A DNA stretch of 64,000 bases from Candidatus Uhrbacteria bacterium (GCA_903827265.1 CAIKHN010000004.1:104067-168066); one strand, 5' to 3'; numbered from the stretch's first letter, positions 22,802 to 33,476 are shown. The notes: a model not told the origin generated them from the sequence alone. Made by a program: numbers and translations.

Positions 22802-23434
22802 ATGTTCTTCACCCTCCTGTTCCTCACCGCCTGTTCGGACTACTCCATCACCGCAAACGACGGCACCGGCTACGACATCAGCGAAGCTGAAGCCACGACC
22901 GTTGAAGGTGGTTCCGAGAACACCAATCAGGACGATCCCGAATCCACCGTCGACAGCGGAACCGCAACCGGCTCGACCGAGTGCGTCCCGACCGGCGACG
23001 AGTTCTGCGACGGGATCGACGACGACTGCGACGGCTACGTGGATGAAGGCGACGCGCTCGATGCGCAAACCTGGTTCTACGACGCCGATGGCGACAGCCA
23101 CGGCGGCACCGACAACGTCATTGCCTGTGCCCCTCCCGCCGAGTACGTCGCCTCCAACGACGACTGCGACGACACGAACGTCAAGACCTACCCCGGCGCG
23201 ACGGAATGGTGCGACTTCGAGGACAACGACTGCGACGGCCTCGTCGAGGCCGAGCAGCCGGAATACTCGTGGATGATCTACCACGACGATGACGATGCCG
23301 ACGGATACGGTTCCAAGTTCGGCGATGGTGGATTCGGTTGCTCCGTCTACGGCAACATTCCCGAAGGTCACGCCCGCAGTGGTGACGACTGCGACGACAA
23401 GAACTCGTCCATCTACCCCGGCGCTAGCTGCTAG
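22802..23434 (+). CDS. lipoprotein with MopE-like Cys/Asp-rich putative metal-binding repeats
   Basis: It has a lipobox (MFFTLLFLTACSD) followed by repeats of the form DCDDxNxxxYPGAxEWCDxxDNDCDG, and about 65% GC. Confidence 0.6.
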   Translation: MFFTLLFLTACSDYSITANDGTGYDISEAEATTVEGGSENTNQDDPESTVDSGTATGSTECVPTGDEFCDGIDDDCDGYVDEGDALDAQTWFYDADGDSHGGTDNVIACAPPAEYVASNDDCDDTNVKTYPGATEWCDFEDNDCDGLVEAEQPEYSWMIYHDDDDADGYGSKFGDGGFGCSVYGNIPEGHARSGDDCDDKNSSIYPGASC

Positions 23435-23500
23435 CGCCTGTTCCAACCACGGGCCGAGGACATCACTCGGCCGCCCACGGTTCATCAACCGGAGTTCCGC

Positions 23501-24166
23501 ATGTTCTTCCTCGTCCTCTCCCTCCTCGCCTGCTCTGACTACAACCTCGCCCCCGAAGTCACCGAGGAGGCCGACACCAGCCAGAGCGTCGACGACGACT
23601 CCTGCCAGCAAGACCACTCGGCGTACGTCGACGTGGAGATCAGCTCGCTCGGCGAAAACGCGTGGTCGGTCGGCTGGAACACTGTCGCGGCATTCACCCT
23701 GTCGACCGACAGGAACACGTGCTTCGACCAGACCTTCGAGATCGAGTTCACGGCGACCGACGTCGCCGAGACCGACTGGAACAACTGCGAGAACTACGTC
23801 GACCAGGACCGTCTGCGGATCTTCCGCAGTGTCGGCAACATCGGCGACACGAGCCTCCTCCAGGAGCTCGACGCGGACTGGGAATTCCAGGGCGCGACGG
23901 GATCCAACGAGGCGTACGTCCACACGTGCGACCCCGGACGGTTCATCGTCTTCGCGATGCCGACCTTCGCCAGCGAAGAGACGTCGCTCCTGCCCGACGA
24001 GCCCGTCACCTTCGTCATCATGATGGAGGCCGACGGGAGCACCGATCCGGAAGACCGCATGAGGATCGATCTCTGGTGGGACGACTCTGGTTACGTCCAC
24101 CGCAACACCGGAAACGGACACGGACGCGAAGGCGCCCCGCTCCCGTTCACGGACTCGAACGAGTAA
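23501..24166 (+). CDS. hypothetical lipoprotein, with a signal and lipobox paralogous to the upstream gene
   Basis: Its N-terminus MFFLVLSLLACSDYNL is nearly identical to that of the upstream lipoprotein. It is GC-rich. Confidence 0.5.
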   Translation: MFFLVLSLLACSDYNLAPEVTEEADTSQSVDDDSCQQDHSAYVDVEISSLGENAWSVGWNTVAAFTLSTDRNTCFDQTFEIEFTATDVAETDWNNCENYVDQDRLRIFRSVGNIGDTSLLQELDADWEFQGATGSNEAYVHTCDPGRFIVFAMPTFASEETSLLPDEPVTFVIMMEADGSTDPEDRMRIDLWWDDSGYVHRNTGNGHGREGAPLPFTDSNE

Positions 24167-24211
24167 CAACGACAGCGACCCGGCCTCTACGGAGGACCGG
24201 GTCGCGATTCG

Positions 24212-26554
24212 TTATGGAGTGGTTGGAGCGTCGGGAAGTGTTGGCGACGCTTCGGTTGGAAGTGGGTCAGGGATAGCTTCTGCGGCTTTCTTTCCTGCTT
24301 TGAGTTCATCAATCTTTTTCTGCACCGTTTCATTGGCTGGATCAAGCTTCACGATAGTTTGGAGTTCAATGATTGCGCCATCGATGTCCTTCGCTTCCTC
24401 AAGAACCGATGCGAGATACCAATGCGCGTTGGCGAAGTTTGGCGAGATCGCAATAATGCGTTCAAGTTCTTTTTTTGCAACGTCATTCTTTCCTTGTCGC
24501 AAATATAAGAGCGCAAGCTGCAAACCAACACCGACGTCGTTTGGCGCCGATGTCCGAACCGCTTCCATACTCGTTACCGCTTCCGCGAGCTTGCCTTGTC
24601 GCTCCTGGACGAACGCGAGGTAATATCGCGCCTCGGCGTAATCTGATTTCAAATTGATCGCTTTCAACAATGCATCGTTCGCGCTTTGCAAAGCCGCATC
24701 CTGTGCGGTTTTTGCTTTTGCCGCAGCCTCAGCATCACTCCCCTTCACCATTGGTGCAAGCGTGTCGGCAAGTGCCAAATATCCGCGAGCAGAGTCGACG
24801 CGATACTTTGGATTGTTCGGCGCAAGAACAATCGCTTCGTCGTATGACGAGATCGCAAACGATGGTGCATCGGTAATGAGTGGGGACACTTCGCGATAAA
24901 TATCGCCTCGAAGTTCCCAGTTGGTTACGTTCGTTGGGCCAAGCTCTGTCGCACGAACTCCAGCATTCACTGCAGCACCAATAAATGATTTCACGACTTC
25001 TGGATCGGCGTGCGCATCTTGCGCAACAAGAATGACTTTATGCAGCAACGCGCTGCCAAGATTCCGGTAATACACATCGCTCCATCGGTTCGCCGTTGCT
25101 GCAGCATCGAGTGCCGCAAGAACGTCGTCGATATTTCCGCCTTGTTGATCGAGTGTCACCGCTCGTGCGAATGCAACTTCGGCTCGATATCGAGCAACTG
25201 TTGCAAATGAAACCGTTAAAACAAACACCGCGCACAGCACAAAGGCAAACGCTGCACCAAACCCGACACGAGGCGACCGGTCAAACTCAAGGGAAGTTTC
25301 CTGATGCAGCCCAAATCGAAGCACTAGCGCGGTGAGCACCCAAAGTATAGTTGTCAGTGTGAAATTTTGCGGATACACCAAGAGCGCGCCCACGAGTACG
25401 GCCCATCCAGCAAGAACCGGGAGCATTTCCGGAGACACACGACGACGGTATGCCTGCAGCGCTCGAAATCCAATCATGAATAACCCAATACACAATGCAA
25501 GCGTTCCAAAAAGTCCAAGAGTTGGGAGCATCGTGAGAACCGCTGATGACCCTCTATCAAACCGCGTGTCCCAAAAGGCAGACATGTTTATATCCGTCGA
25601 ATGATACTGCGTGAACACCATCGAAAATGTTCCCGGCCCTGTGCCCAATGCCCATGCGCCGTCCTTCCACGCCGACATAACCATCGTTAAGGAACTTTCC
25701 GTACTGAGTCCTACTTCCGCAGGAAATGGACTTGTAACGACACTCGGTAGAGCCAAAAACGCAAGCGAAGTCACGCAGAGAAGCATTGGGAGAATGAATC
25801 GCGCCGGACGTAAAAGGAGTTCCGCTCGAATCGCTGCAATACCAAAAAGTACAACACATCCGTAAATCAAAAGCCCCCAGAGAACGCCGTAATCGACAGC
25901 AACAAGCGCAACGATCGCTGTAGCCGAGGTGATGACCGTCGCAATGCTCGTGAGCAATCGCTCTGATCGCTCATGCGGCGCCGAACCCGAAGCAATAATC
26001 ACTCCGCATCCAAGGATCGACATTGCAACCAAGTACACAATAAGTGCGTTTGGCGTCCCAAGAAGATTCGTTGGCAACCGTCCAAAGGTAATGCCAAAAA
26101 ATGCAGAAACCGCACATAATCCGGCAATGGAAGATCCTATTAACGAAGCAACGAGGATTCTCCGCTGTGCGCTGTGATCAAGAACATGCGCGCCAACACA
26201 CGCCATACCGAGCATCAGCGCTAGTGTGACGGCGCTCGTATATTCCTGATTCGTCTGACCAAACAAACCAAGATACGGTTCGTGCGAAAATCCAGCAGAT
26301 GCCGCAACAATAAAAACAAATGCCAACAGTGGAACCCACACGACATCGGCACGAAGCGAAAGACGCCTCGCGTAAAGCGCTTCAGCAAGCCATGCAATAC
26401 ACATGATCGCAGCAACAGCGAAAAAGAACGTTTGCTTGTTCACATCAAGCGCATCAACGGTCCATGGAAGCGCAAGAATTGGCGTGAAGAGAACAAGTGC
26501 CTCAAAGCAATGCCGAACTGTTGTTCGGAGTGCGCGGGCTGCATCAAAAACCAT
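24212..26554 (-). CDS. polytopic membrane protein (O-antigen-ligase/Wzy_C-like) with C-terminal TPR repeats
   Basis: About 12 TM helices across roughly 450 aa are followed by multiple TPR-like helical repeats and a Pro-rich tail. Confidence 0.5.
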   Translation of the reverse strand: MVFDAARALRTTVRHCFEALVLFTPILALPWTVDALDVNKQTFFFAVAAIMCIAWLAEALYARRLSLRADVVWVPLLAFVFIVAASAGFSHEPYLGLFGQTNQEYTSAVTLALMLGMACVGAHVLDHSAQRRILVASLIGSSIAGLCAVSAFFGITFGRLPTNLLGTPNALIVYLVAMSILGCGVIIASGSAPHERSERLLTSIATVITSATAIVALVAVDYGVLWGLLIYGCVVLFGIAAIRAELLLRPARFILPMLLCVTSLAFLALPSVVTSPFPAEVGLSTESSLTMVMSAWKDGAWALGTGPGTFSMVFTQYHSTDINMSAFWDTRFDRGSSAVLTMLPTLGLFGTLALCIGLFMIGFRALQAYRRRVSPEMLPVLAGWAVLVGALLVYPQNFTLTTILWVLTALVLRFGLHQETSLEFDRSPRVGFGAAFAFVLCAVFVLTVSFATVARYRAEVAFARAVTLDQQGGNIDDVLAALDAAATANRWSDVYYRNLGSALLHKVILVAQDAHADPEVVKSFIGAAVNAGVRATELGPTNVTNWELRGDIYREVSPLITDAPSFAISSYDEAIVLAPNNPKYRVDSARGYLALADTLAPMVKGSDAEAAAKAKTAQDAALQSANDALLKAINLKSDYAEARYYLAFVQERQGKLAEAVTSMEAVRTSAPNDVGVGLQLALLYLRQGKNDVAKKELERIIAISPNFANAHWYLASVLEEAKDIDGAIIELQTIVKLDPANETVQKKIDELKAGKKAAEAIPDPLPTEASPTLPDAPTTP

Positions 26555-26563
26555 AAAGAAGTG

Positions 26564-29500
26564 TTACGGCGTTTCTGGCGCCGGTACTGAGTCTGACGGA
26601 ACTGAATCTGGTGTTTCGACCGGTGTATCGACACTTGGCGCAACGTCAGGAACCGAAACGCCGTCAGAAACAACGGTATCAGATTCCACTATTGGGGAAA
26701 TTGGAACATCCACAGGAGCAGAATCTGCTGGCGCCACGGCTGGCTCTTCGAGTACCGGTTCGCTCGATGGTGTAATTGGCGCTGGAGTCGAGGAAGTTTC
26801 AGGTGCTCTTGTTGGCGCAAAGTCACGACGTGATGCAATCACAAGCCAGTCGACGGAAACACCGCTTGATGCCGCACCAGATTCCACGATTGAGAATCCA
26901 TCAGCCGTTCGGTTTGTGACGTACAACGCTCCGGTCGCACCATACGGCGTTACAAGTGCTCGATATGATGGGGTTGTATCAATGATTCCCGTAAATGATG
27001 GATCGATGTCGGCAAAATGAACATCCGCTCGACCATTCACCAAATTCACCATTCCAGAAAGCTGTACGGTCATCTGGCGCGATGCTGCTGCGTATGTTTC
27101 GACGTCAGTTCCCTGTGAGGACCTCACCAACTGAACCAATCGACCAGACGTTACAATGTCTCCATCGCTTTCTAATTTCCACGTGCCGTTCGCGCTCGTC
27201 ATCGATCCTACTGCAAGCAACTGGCCACCATTAAAGTTGAGTGTTCCCGATGTATCGAAATGCTCAATGTCTTGCGCAAGTTGTGAGACAGCATTTTTCG
27301 CGGCTGGGCCTTTTGTCACCGGCGCGCCACTGTAATATGAAACATTCACATACACCACGACGCTTCCCATGGAACCCGTAAACTCTTCAGCAGCATATCC
27401 AAGAATCGGTCCTGGCTCAGTTGCTTTCATTGCGTATCCTGGATGCGTAGAAGTTGTGAGCGGATCGCCAATATGAATTGCACCATTCTCTGTTGAAACC
27501 AGCGTAGGAACGCGACCAGCAAGCGCAATTGGGAAATTACCTACACGATTCTCTCCCGCCAAAAATCCTGGACGCGTTGAAACGATACCCGCGATTGTTC
27601 GGCTGTATGGTTCAGAGGACGATCGTTTCACCTGTTGGCTTGCGTCACCAAAAATCACAACCTCGCCTGGCATCAATGTGTCAGGAGATGGGAACATTTC
27701 TGCAAAATCGTACGAACCGGTTGCCCAGCCAGAAGCATTTGTTCGCATGAAATCACCGCCGGAACCAGCTGAACCATCGTAATAAATGTACTTCGTTGTC
27801 TGCGACGCGCCACGATCCGATGGGTAGAGCCTGCCAGCAATCGCGAGATCTCCACTTTGATTCACGGACGCAACTTCAGTTCCGGTTGTATTTGCTACCG
27901 AGAGACGATAGTCGTTCACCGCGTTCACTGTTGTTTTTACCGACATCATGACCGATTGTGCCGAACTCCCCGACCACGCCGAGCCTCGAAGGGAAAGCGT
28001 TCCAGAATCAACCACCGTCGACGACGCTGTTGCCGCAGTTGTTGCAGCAATTGCTAAGCTTCCGCCAACCTGCGTTGCACCACCAGACGCCGTGAGAACA
28101 TCGCCCCCATACCATTGTGGCTGAACCAAAACACGAATCGTTCCCGTTCCTGACGAAAGGGGCTCGAGTGCAAAACCAATAATTCGGACTGGGCCATGTG
28201 CTTTTGCGCCATAACCCACCATTATCATACTTGTCGTAATTGCATCACCAATCGCGATTGATCCTTCGCCGGCATTCACGAGCGTATCAATCTGACCAAC
28301 CATACCGACCTTCCGATAGTTTGTATCGCCATCAAGATTATCTGACGCTCCTCGGAAGTTATTTCCAATAAATGCAGCATTCGTTGAAATCACTCCCATA
28401 ATTGATGCCGTGTCACCAGCAGAACAACGGCGCACTCCTTCGGCATAACCCGGATCCTGACAAACTACCTGATAATCGGTTAATGCAGCATCACGCGTTT
28501 TAAAGAATTCAGCGTAGTCTGCACCGGAGTTGTACGTTGCGCCATCACCAAAAACATCACCATTGCTCTGAATGCGGAATTCGGTGTCAGGAGTGCCGTC
28601 GACATCTGAACGAATAATCATCAGGTCATCATTGTTCGGCGAATCGTTCGTATCAATAACGAATGCGTTATTCCCTGTGGCGTTCGCGGAGTGTGCGCTG
28701 AGAGAGTTTTGTAGAATGCGAAGCGCAATACTATTCCCTCCACCCTGGTTTGTGATTCCTACACTCGTAGCGTCAGATGTTGCGCTCGTATTCAACTGAT
28801 CAATCCTTAAGAGCGTTCCGTCGAAATCCGCTCCACCCGCACCTCGCGAAATGGTTAGCCCGTTTCCAGACGTCAAACTATTTCCAACAATCGTCGCGAC
28901 ATCAGCGTTAGTGACCGCTGACACAAACTGGAACTGGTCAGTACCAAGAAGATCGCCGAAATATGCTCCACCGTGAGTTTCGACATCGCCCGAAACATAC
29001 AACTCACCCGCCGATGTAGCGTATGACGTTGCATCTGGCGTGCTGTCGCCATCAATTTGCACTTGTGCGCCTGTAAAATACCCAGCGTAATTTGTCGATC
29101 CACCAGATGCTTCGCCATACACACCGTATCGGTTTGTTCCTGCTGCAGTTGCAAGGAATCGCCCGGCGTATCCTGTAGTAACCGTTCCACCACTTGTTGC
29201 AATTTCACCAATAATTGCGCTTCCGCTGGTAATTGTTCCTGCGCTTGCCGACAGCACGCCGTGAATGCCGTATCCCGTTGCAATCGTCGCGACTCCAGAT
29301 TGAACAAATTCTGACTCTGTTGCCGAAAGGTATCCTGATCCCTGAATTAAGCTCGCATTTGTTGATCCATTCGTAAGGCGAGTTCGTGTACCAAATCCTT
29401 TGGTGACCGTTGTTGTTCCGCCGTTAATGGTTAGGACATCATTTCCTGCCGAAACAAAATGGTCTGTTCCTGTGACGTTTTCTATACCGGAATAGGATAC

Positions 29501-30547
29501 CGTCGAGCCCATGCCATACATTTCAATAGTCCCAAGGCTCGCGCCACTCGTTCCAGAGAACGTTGAGTTCTCCTGAACCTCGGTCGTTGTTCCGCTCGCA
29601 GTTGACGGCATCGTCCCAAGACCTGTCATTGTAACGTTTCCTCCACTGAAATTAAAAACGTCTGCGTCCGAATAACTCAGCGACCCCGAATGTGATGCAT
29701 CTGATGCATAAAAGGTAAGTGTTGGGTCATTTGTATCATTTGCACCATCACCAATACGAACCGTATTCAGACTTTCATCAACAGAAAATGGCGCCACAAG
29801 AGAAGACCCACCCACCATCAAGTCCCCAATGATCGACGTATCACCCTCGCTATCAATCGTAAATCGAGGAGATCCGGTTATCGCAACACCAAAAAGCACT
29901 TCGTTCGCCGCAACGACGCCACTGTCAGGATTAATGTATAACGATCCTTGGCTAACGCCCGTTCCTTGAGGAGAACCAGTAATAACTAAATTTCCGTTCG
30001 AATCAGTAACGGGAATGAGTGAAGACGTTCCTCCGGTTGTCGTTGTGTTATAGCCATCAACAGTATCGGAATTCATCGCATACGGAGCTGCAAGCATCGG
30101 CTTACGCGGAGTGAGTGTTTCGCCGTTCACGATAACTTCGAGATACACCGTTGCGTTATTCGCAAATACCGTCGCGGCGATAGCGGAATACGCTGGCGTC
30201 GCTGCGGTATCTCCAAGCGCTTCTGAGAAAAGACCCGATGTCAACGAGACCGTTCGTGCAACTACCGATGCGCATGTGGGAGAGTTATTCGACCACAAAC
30301 ATGTTCCGGCGCTTGAGGCGTCATACAAGGCAAAAGAAACCGACGCAGTCGTATCCGAAACCGGAACACCGTTACTGTTTAACAAACGACCTTGATACAT
30401 GATGATTCTTGGAGGCGTTGCCGCGGCTCGCGCTTGCAAAAGACCAAAAGAACCTAGGCCTACTACAACAGACAGAAACACAAAACACGCAAAGAAACGC
30501 TTTGCGAGTGAAATGAAGGAATTGGACGGGCAAGTTCCCCTCCTCAT
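26564..30547 (-). CDS. giant (1327 aa) secreted Gly/Ser/Thr-rich fibre-like surface protein with a tail-fibre-like C-terminal region
   Basis: It has a signal peptide or TM anchor (FACFVFLSVVVGLGSFGLLQA) and a long G/S/T/A/N-rich body. Near the C-terminus it has a YDFAEMFPS...GEVVIF block resembling phage tail-fibre/peptidase_G2-type domains, followed by a Pro-rich tail. The ATG overlaps the stop of the upstream gene in the string ATGA. Confidence 0.7.
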   Translation of the reverse strand: MRRGTCPSNSFISLAKRFFACFVFLSVVVGLGSFGLLQARAAATPPRIIMYQGRLLNSNGVPVSDTTASVSFALYDASSAGTCLWSNNSPTCASVVARTVSLTSGLFSEALGDTAATPAYSAIAATVFANNATVYLEVIVNGETLTPRKPMLAAPYAMNSDTVDGYNTTTTGGTSSLIPVTDSNGNLVITGSPQGTGVSQGSLYINPDSGVVAANEVLFGVAITGSPRFTIDSEGDTSIIGDLMVGGSSLVAPFSVDESLNTVRIGDGANDTNDPTLTFYASDASHSGSLSYSDADVFNFSGGNVTMTGLGTMPSTASGTTTEVQENSTFSGTSGASLGTIEMYGMGSTVSYSGIENVTGTDHFVSAGNDVLTINGGTTTVTKGFGTRTRLTNGSTNASLIQGSGYLSATESEFVQSGVATIATGYGIHGVLSASAGTITSGSAIIGEIATSGGTVTTGYAGRFLATAAGTNRYGVYGEASGGSTNYAGYFTGAQVQIDGDSTPDATSYATSAGELYVSGDVETHGGAYFGDLLGTDQFQFVSAVTNADVATIVGNSLTSGNGLTISRGAGGADFDGTLLRIDQLNTSATSDATSVGITNQGGGNSIALRILQNSLSAHSANATGNNAFVIDTNDSPNNDDLMIIRSDVDGTPDTEFRIQSNGDVFGDGATYNSGADYAEFFKTRDAALTDYQVVCQDPGYAEGVRRCSAGDTASIMGVISTNAAFIGNNFRGASDNLDGDTNYRKVGMVGQIDTLVNAGEGSIAIGDAITTSMIMVGYGAKAHGPVRIIGFALEPLSSGTGTIRVLVQPQWYGGDVLTASGGATQVGGSLAIAATTAATASSTVVDSGTLSLRGSAWSGSSAQSVMMSVKTTVNAVNDYRLSVANTTGTEVASVNQSGDLAIAGRLYPSDRGASQTTKYIYYDGSAGSGGDFMRTNASGWATGSYDFAEMFPSPDTLMPGEVVIFGDASQQVKRSSSEPYSRTIAGIVSTRPGFLAGENRVGNFPIALAGRVPTLVSTENGAIHIGDPLTTSTHPGYAMKATEPGPILGYAAEEFTGSMGSVVVYVNVSYYSGAPVTKGPAAKNAVSQLAQDIEHFDTSGTLNFNGGQLLAVGSMTSANGTWKLESDGDIVTSGRLVQLVRSSQGTDVETYAAASRQMTVQLSGMVNLVNGRADVHFADIDPSFTGIIDTTPSYRALVTPYGATGALYVTNRTADGFSIVESGAASSGVSVDWLVIASRRDFAPTRAPETSSTPAPITPSSEPVLEEPAVAPADSAPVDVPISPIVESDTVVSDGVSVPDVAPSVDTPVETPDSVPSDSVPAPETP

Positions 30548-32607
30548 ACTGGCCTTGATGGCGTCAACGGAACGTCGATAGCAATTGCATCGGGTTCTGT
30601 TTTCTGCCGGTAGTCGATTGGACGCACGATGTGCTCGTCGTATCCGTCTTTGTCCGCTCGAACAAAGTATTCATTCGGGCCGACAAGGAAGCTGTATCGT
30701 CCGAGCGTATCAGAGAGCGTTGTCTCGACGAGCTTATTATACTTCGGTTCGAACAATCGAACGACGGCATTGCCCACAGGACGACGACTCGATGCATCAA
30801 AAATAATTCCCCAGCCACGCGGCTTCTTCGGCTGCGCGAGTCTCCAGAAAAAGAGGAACACAATACACTGGAGTATCGCTAAAAACATCGTAAAAATTGA
30901 TGGCGACAAAAACCACACCACAAACGACACGCCAACACCGGAAAGCGACAGCGCAAATTGGAGCTTTTGCAAGAATTTCTTACGTAAAATTCCAGCTTGC
31001 GTGTGCTGCGCGCCAGATTCTGCAGGATCGAGAGGAATATTCGCCGCAATCGTGGCATCGTTTTGAGAAACATCAATCGGTTGTCCGGAATACACATCAA
31101 GATAGACGCCGTCATCTTTCGTATCCTGCAAATACACACTTGGAAACGTAAAACCATTTTTAGTGACCGTCATTCGATACTGACCGGGGTTCGCTATGAA
31201 GAAATACGTTCCACGCGCATCAGTAACCATTGAGCGGACCAGTCGGTTCGTTGTAACGTCGTATAAACGAACCGTTGCGAGGTCGACAGCGACTTTTGTT
31301 ATTGCGTTGTACACAATGCCGAATGCTTTTCGCTTCCGCCGGGCAAAAATAAGCAGCGGTGATGTCACAAGGAACTGCAAGTATGACAACAAATTGAACG
31401 ACGAGGCGAGCACAACCGCAGTCGTCGCCGCAGCAACCGTCGCAACAGGAATCGCGACATTCACCGCCTGATGAACCTCAGGAAGCGCGCGAATTTCTTC
31501 GATGGCCGCTGAAACATTCGCGACAGCCTGCGTGAATGTCGACGTCGACTGCGCGGTTGGCGTCGATGCATTTTCAGACGGCGACGCAGGAGTGCTTACT
31601 GGCGCCGACGGCGTCGAAGGAACCGATGGCGCTTCGGAAGGCAGCTCTGGAAGTGCCGGCGTCCCTTCCTCTGTTGGAACACTAATGGCTCCAGAATCGA
31701 CCGATGATCCTGTATCACTTGATGTTGGAACACTTCCGCCGGAACCTGAAGAAGGAGCGGGAGATCCACCGCTCGTTGTCCCAGAGCCTGTTCCTGAACT
31801 CGTTCCAGTGCCGCTACTCGTCGGCGCTTCCGTCGTACCACCGGATGGCTCAGTGTCTGTCGGGGCTGTTGGAGTCTCTACTGGTGTCGTTGGCTCTGTT
31901 GGGGTTATTGGCTCTGTCGGTGTCGTCGGTTCAACGGGCGCTGTCGGCTCCGTTGGAGTAGTTGGTTCTGTCGGTTCGGCTGGCGACGTTCCACCGGAAC
32001 TCCCGCCGCCACCTCCTCCACCACCTCCGCCGCCGCCAGAAGAAGACGGAACTGATGCAGTAACTGAAGCACCACCGTTTGTTGATGTTGCAAGAATAAC
32101 CGATCCAGCGTTTCCGCTCGTTCCCGTAACATTCACAAACCATGAACCAGCGGTTAATGGATTCGTTATGCGCTGTGTGCCAGAACCAAATGCCGACGCG
32201 TTTGTACCAACTTCAACTGCAACAACACTACCGATTGCGATATTTCCGCCGTCCCCAGAACACATCGTTATCGCAATAGTCTGACCAGATATACCGACCG
32301 AAGCCGTATCTGTACCCGAACAATCTGGTGCAGTCTGAACATCGATACCGTCATCAGCGATGTCGATATCATCTTCCGTCAGCGAGGTTAAAACAAAACC
32401 TGTCGGAAAAACGAATTGTATGGTTTCGCCATCAACAAATGCGTCGGCAAGCGTTAGTAAAAAAAGATGGTTTGATCCAACAGCAACTTGCGTGGTCGAA
32501 ATCTGATCTACAACATCAGTAAATGTCGCCGCATGAAGCGCGTACGGAAAAACAGCCGTCAACGCAGCGAAAATTCCAATAATACTCTTTCGAAAAATCA
32601 GTCTCAT
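30544..32607 (-). CDS. secreted/membrane protein with a poly-Gly and PT-repeat linker and two carboxypeptidase-regulatory-like (CarbopepD_reg) domains
   Basis: The start was set at the ATG at 32607 (MRLIFRKSIIGIFAALTAVFPYALHA, a signal peptide). It contains a G14 run, (TEPTTP)n repeats, TM segments, and RLYDVTTNRLVRSMVTDARGTYFF and VVRLFEPKYNKLVETTLSDTLGRYSF motifs. Confidence 0.6.
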   Translation of the reverse strand: MRLIFRKSIIGIFAALTAVFPYALHAATFTDVVDQISTTQVAVGSNHLFLLTLADAFVDGETIQFVFPTGFVLTSLTEDDIDIADDGIDVQTAPDCSGTDTASVGISGQTIAITMCSGDGGNIAIGSVVAVEVGTNASAFGSGTQRITNPLTAGSWFVNVTGTSGNAGSVILATSTNGGASVTASVPSSSGGGGGGGGGGGGSSGGTSPAEPTEPTTPTEPTAPVEPTTPTEPITPTEPTTPVETPTAPTDTEPSGGTTEAPTSSGTGTSSGTGSGTTSGGSPAPSSGSGGSVPTSSDTGSSVDSGAISVPTEEGTPALPELPSEAPSVPSTPSAPVSTPASPSENASTPTAQSTSTFTQAVANVSAAIEEIRALPEVHQAVNVAIPVATVAAATTAVVLASSFNLLSYLQFLVTSPLLIFARRKRKAFGIVYNAITKVAVDLATVRLYDVTTNRLVRSMVTDARGTYFFIANPGQYRMTVTKNGFTFPSVYLQDTKDDGVYLDVYSGQPIDVSQNDATIAANIPLDPAESGAQHTQAGILRKKFLQKLQFALSLSGVGVSFVVWFLSPSIFTMFLAILQCIVFLFFWRLAQPKKPRGWGIIFDASSRRPVGNAVVRLFEPKYNKLVETTLSDTLGRYSFLVGPNEYFVRADKDGYDEHIVRPIDYRQKTEPDAIAIDVPLTPSRPV
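31855..32045 (-). repeat. low-complexity tandem repeats ((TEPTTP)n and a Gly14 run) within the 30544-32607 gene
   Basis: The repeats are 15-18-nt units plus a GGN homocodon run. Confidence 0.6.
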
Positions 32608-33446
32608 GCACGTTGCCGTCGGAAAAACAGCACGAATCCGCCACATACCCCAAAAAACGCGACAACAATCGGCCACCATCGCGTTCCCACATTCAAGGGT
32701 TCGCACTGGTACGTTCCGAGCTGCGCATCTTCAATGGAATACGAAAGCGAACCGACCGCCCACAACGGAATAGGTGGCAATGACACCTGCCACGCTCGCG
32801 TCTGACCCGGAAGAACCCTATGAAATAACGGATTGCTTACGGTTGTTCCAAAACGAATTCCGAAGATTCCGCGAAGAACAATCGCCCCGTTCTCATACAG
32901 TATACCGCGTCCACTGTTCACAAATGATACGGTTCCAAACCCAGACGATTCACGAACAAACGACAGACACACCGCAGTCGGTTTTGCGTCACCAATCGTA
33001 AGAAACACCAGCGTCGCAGATCCGTGCGACAGTGGAATATCGCCGGAGAGCGTTTCTGTTTCCGCAACAGCAATACCAATGGTTTGCGGCGACATCGTGA
33101 CGGGAGGACTGAGAGAAAGAGTGATTGTTTTCGTGGTACCAGCATCGAGAGCAAGCGATGATGATGAAAGTGAGATCCACGCTGCGAGCTCCGCGGAAAG
33201 CGGACGAAGCACCGGGTCATCATTTCCTGGCAAGACATCCGCAGAAAATAACGAAAACGAAAGATTTACCGGTACCGCCTTTGCGTTTGTGACTGGCAAT
33301 GAAACCGTAGCGCCTTCCCCGGGGGTCACAAAAACATCTTGCGACGCAGGAAGAGATGCGGCGTGTACCGACCTTGAGAAACAAAAAATGGTCAGCGCAA
33401 GAAAAACGCCGAAACATACAACGCGCCGTAAAACATGCGACAGCAT
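32604..33446 (-). CDS. secreted protein with a C-terminal TM anchor and a basic tail (CscA/DUF916-like topology)
   Basis: It has a signal peptide (FLALTIFCFSRSVHA) and a C-terminal WWPIVVAFFGVCGGFVLFFRRQRA. Its stop overlaps the start of the downstream gene in the string ATGA. Confidence 0.5.
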   Translation of the reverse strand: MLSHVLRRVVCFGVFLALTIFCFSRSVHAASLPASQDVFVTPGEGATVSLPVTNAKAVPVNLSFSLFSADVLPGNDDPVLRPLSAELAAWISLSSSSLALDAGTTKTITLSLSPPVTMSPQTIGIAVAETETLSGDIPLSHGSATLVFLTIGDAKPTAVCLSFVRESSGFGTVSFVNSGRGILYENGAIVLRGIFGIRFGTTVSNPLFHRVLPGQTRAWQVSLPPIPLWAVGSLSYSIEDAQLGTYQCEPLNVGTRWWPIVVAFFGVCGGFVLFFRRQRA

Positions 33447-33476
33447 GAACGCATTGTACCTCGAATGCAGAATCTC

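Noticed and set aside
22742-24169. 475-aa minus-strand ORF spanning both lipoprotein genes
   Set aside because: It is a GC-driven shadow. The plus-strand genes have lipoboxes, RBSs and a recognisable repeat motif.
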